A stretch of DNA of 64,000 bases, taken from Lachnospiraceae bacterium (GTDB lineage: Bacteria; Bacillota; Clostridia; Lachnospirales; Lachnospiraceae). The stretch is taken from NCBI GenBank assembly GCA_024687205.1, contig JAILES010000081.1:5657-69656 (forward strand), in the 5' to 3' direction. The position numbers were made by a program, and so were the translations under genes. Below, one piece after another: positions 63,055 to 64,000 of this stretch. Numbering within the stretch: the stretch's first letter is position 1; every line of letters begins with the position of its first letter. The notes under the pieces are model-generated. The model worked only from the letters and a program-made list of their open reading frames with translations. It did not search any database and was not told where the DNA came from.

Positions 63055-64000
63055 CTATTTATGCAACGTTACCCTGAATACGGTTTCTCCGTTCTCTGAA
63101 TAAGCCTTTATATCTCCATTATGGTTTCTGGCTATACGCCTGGCGATAGCAAGCCCTAATCCATAACGGTTATCGCTTCGGCCTCTTGCTTTATCTCCCC
63201 GGTAGAATCTTTCAAAGATCCTTTCTTCATCCTCTTTCGGTATCGGATCCCCCGTGTTTATCACCCGGATATCTATTATCCCTTTCTCAGCAGACGCCAA
63301 AACCTTTACAGTACTGTCCTTATAACTGTGATGTACTGCATTGTCCAACAGCGTAGCAGCCATCTGTTCGATTTCTTCTTTATTGCATTTACATATCATT
63401 CCCTCTTCTATATCCGTATAAACTGATACTCCCTGTTCAAAAGCAACAGCTTCATATGCCATACAGCTCTTTTCAAGTATCCGCGACAGATCTTCCTCTT
63501 TGAATGAAACTATATCTTCTCCGCTCTCAAGACGTGACAGGTTCAGAAGCCCTGTGATCAGCTTATTCATACGATCTGATTCATAACGTATATTCTCGAT
63601 GTACTTCGGATCGTTATTTGCGTTCTGAATCTCATCAGCCGATGCCATGATCACAGCAAGCGGCGTCTTTAACTCATGCGATGCATCTGCCACAAACTCT
63701 TTTTGCCGTTCAAAGGCTTCTTCCGCCGGCTTAGTAATCCACTTAGTTATAAGGCGTGATATGATCACTATCGAGACTTCTGCGAGTACCGTCAGCAACA
63801 GCGATTCCGCTAATAAAGTCCACAGCTTCTGTTTCGTTTCCTTATTGTTCATGATCACTATGGATTCATTATTATTATACTTATATGAATAGCTGCTGAA
63901 ATACAGGTTCGCTGCGTACTTCCGGTCGTATCTCTCCTTCGAGATTATCTCCTCCGCCGCCTTGTATACATCAAAATCTTCTGACGTATTGGCTGAGTTT
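63055..64000 (-). CDS. Sensor histidine kinase (HisKA + HATPase), 5' end beyond the window
   Basis: Frame open to the window edge. FVADASHELKTPL, LLDNAVHH, IFERFYRGD, YGLGLAIA. Confidence 0.9.
   Translation of the reverse strand, partial: NSANTSEDFDVYKAAEEIISKERYDRKYAANLYFSSYSYKYNNNESIVIMNNKETKQKLWTLLAESLLLTVLAEVSIVIISRLITKWITKPAEEAFERQKEFVADASHELKTPLAVIMASADEIQNANNDPKYIENIRYESDRMNKLITGLLNLSRLESGEDIVSFKEEDLSRILEKSCMAYEAVAFEQGVSVYTDIEEGMICKCNKEEIEQMAATLLDNAVHHSYKDSTVKVLASAEKGIIDIRVINTGDPIPKEDEERIFERFYRGDKARGRSDNRYGLGLAIARRIARNHNGDIKAYSENGETVFRVTLHK

Noticed and set aside
1-64000. tRNA, rRNA, integrase, transposase, phage or known defence genes
   Set aside because: None recognised by reading; a tRNAscan/Infernal/DefenseFinder run would be needed to exclude them formally

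Overview
A 64-kb chromosomal window from a low-GC Firmicute; the gene families suggest Lachnospiraceae/Clostridia (inference). It holds housekeeping genes (sufCBD, clpB with a CIRCE box, Gln-dependent nadE, T-box-controlled pheST) mixed with accessory genes. Accessory genes include a >837-aa secreted/surface protein running off the left edge (missed by the ORF track), a CHASE2-HD-GYP protein, a GH25 muramidase and a FecR-DUF6273 protein. There is also a 4876-aa internally repeated protein of unknown function, an ECF sigma/anti-sigma pair, a GNAT/serine hydrolase/DUF2441/DUF1062/CD3324/GNAT-RsgA cluster, a small RelA/SpoT synthetase and an M13 peptidase-ABC-LytTR/HK operon. The right end has a decaying sugar-catabolism locus, a VTC-DUF4956-Cthe_2159 triad and a histidine kinase cut by the window edge. 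Much of the interesting signal is non-coding. Three unannotated leader-peptide/hairpin attenuators lie within about 5 kb. Two near-identical ANTAR-like hairpin+terminator leaders face the divergent PEP-binding-domain and alarmone-synthetase genes. A GGGGACGG palindromic repeat family has one 58-bp member in frame inside sufD and another supplying a promoter -35 box. PheS has many non-canonical amino-acid-pocket residues. No tRNA, rRNA, CRISPR array, transposase or integrase was seen. Family names are from motif recognition and memory, not database searches.
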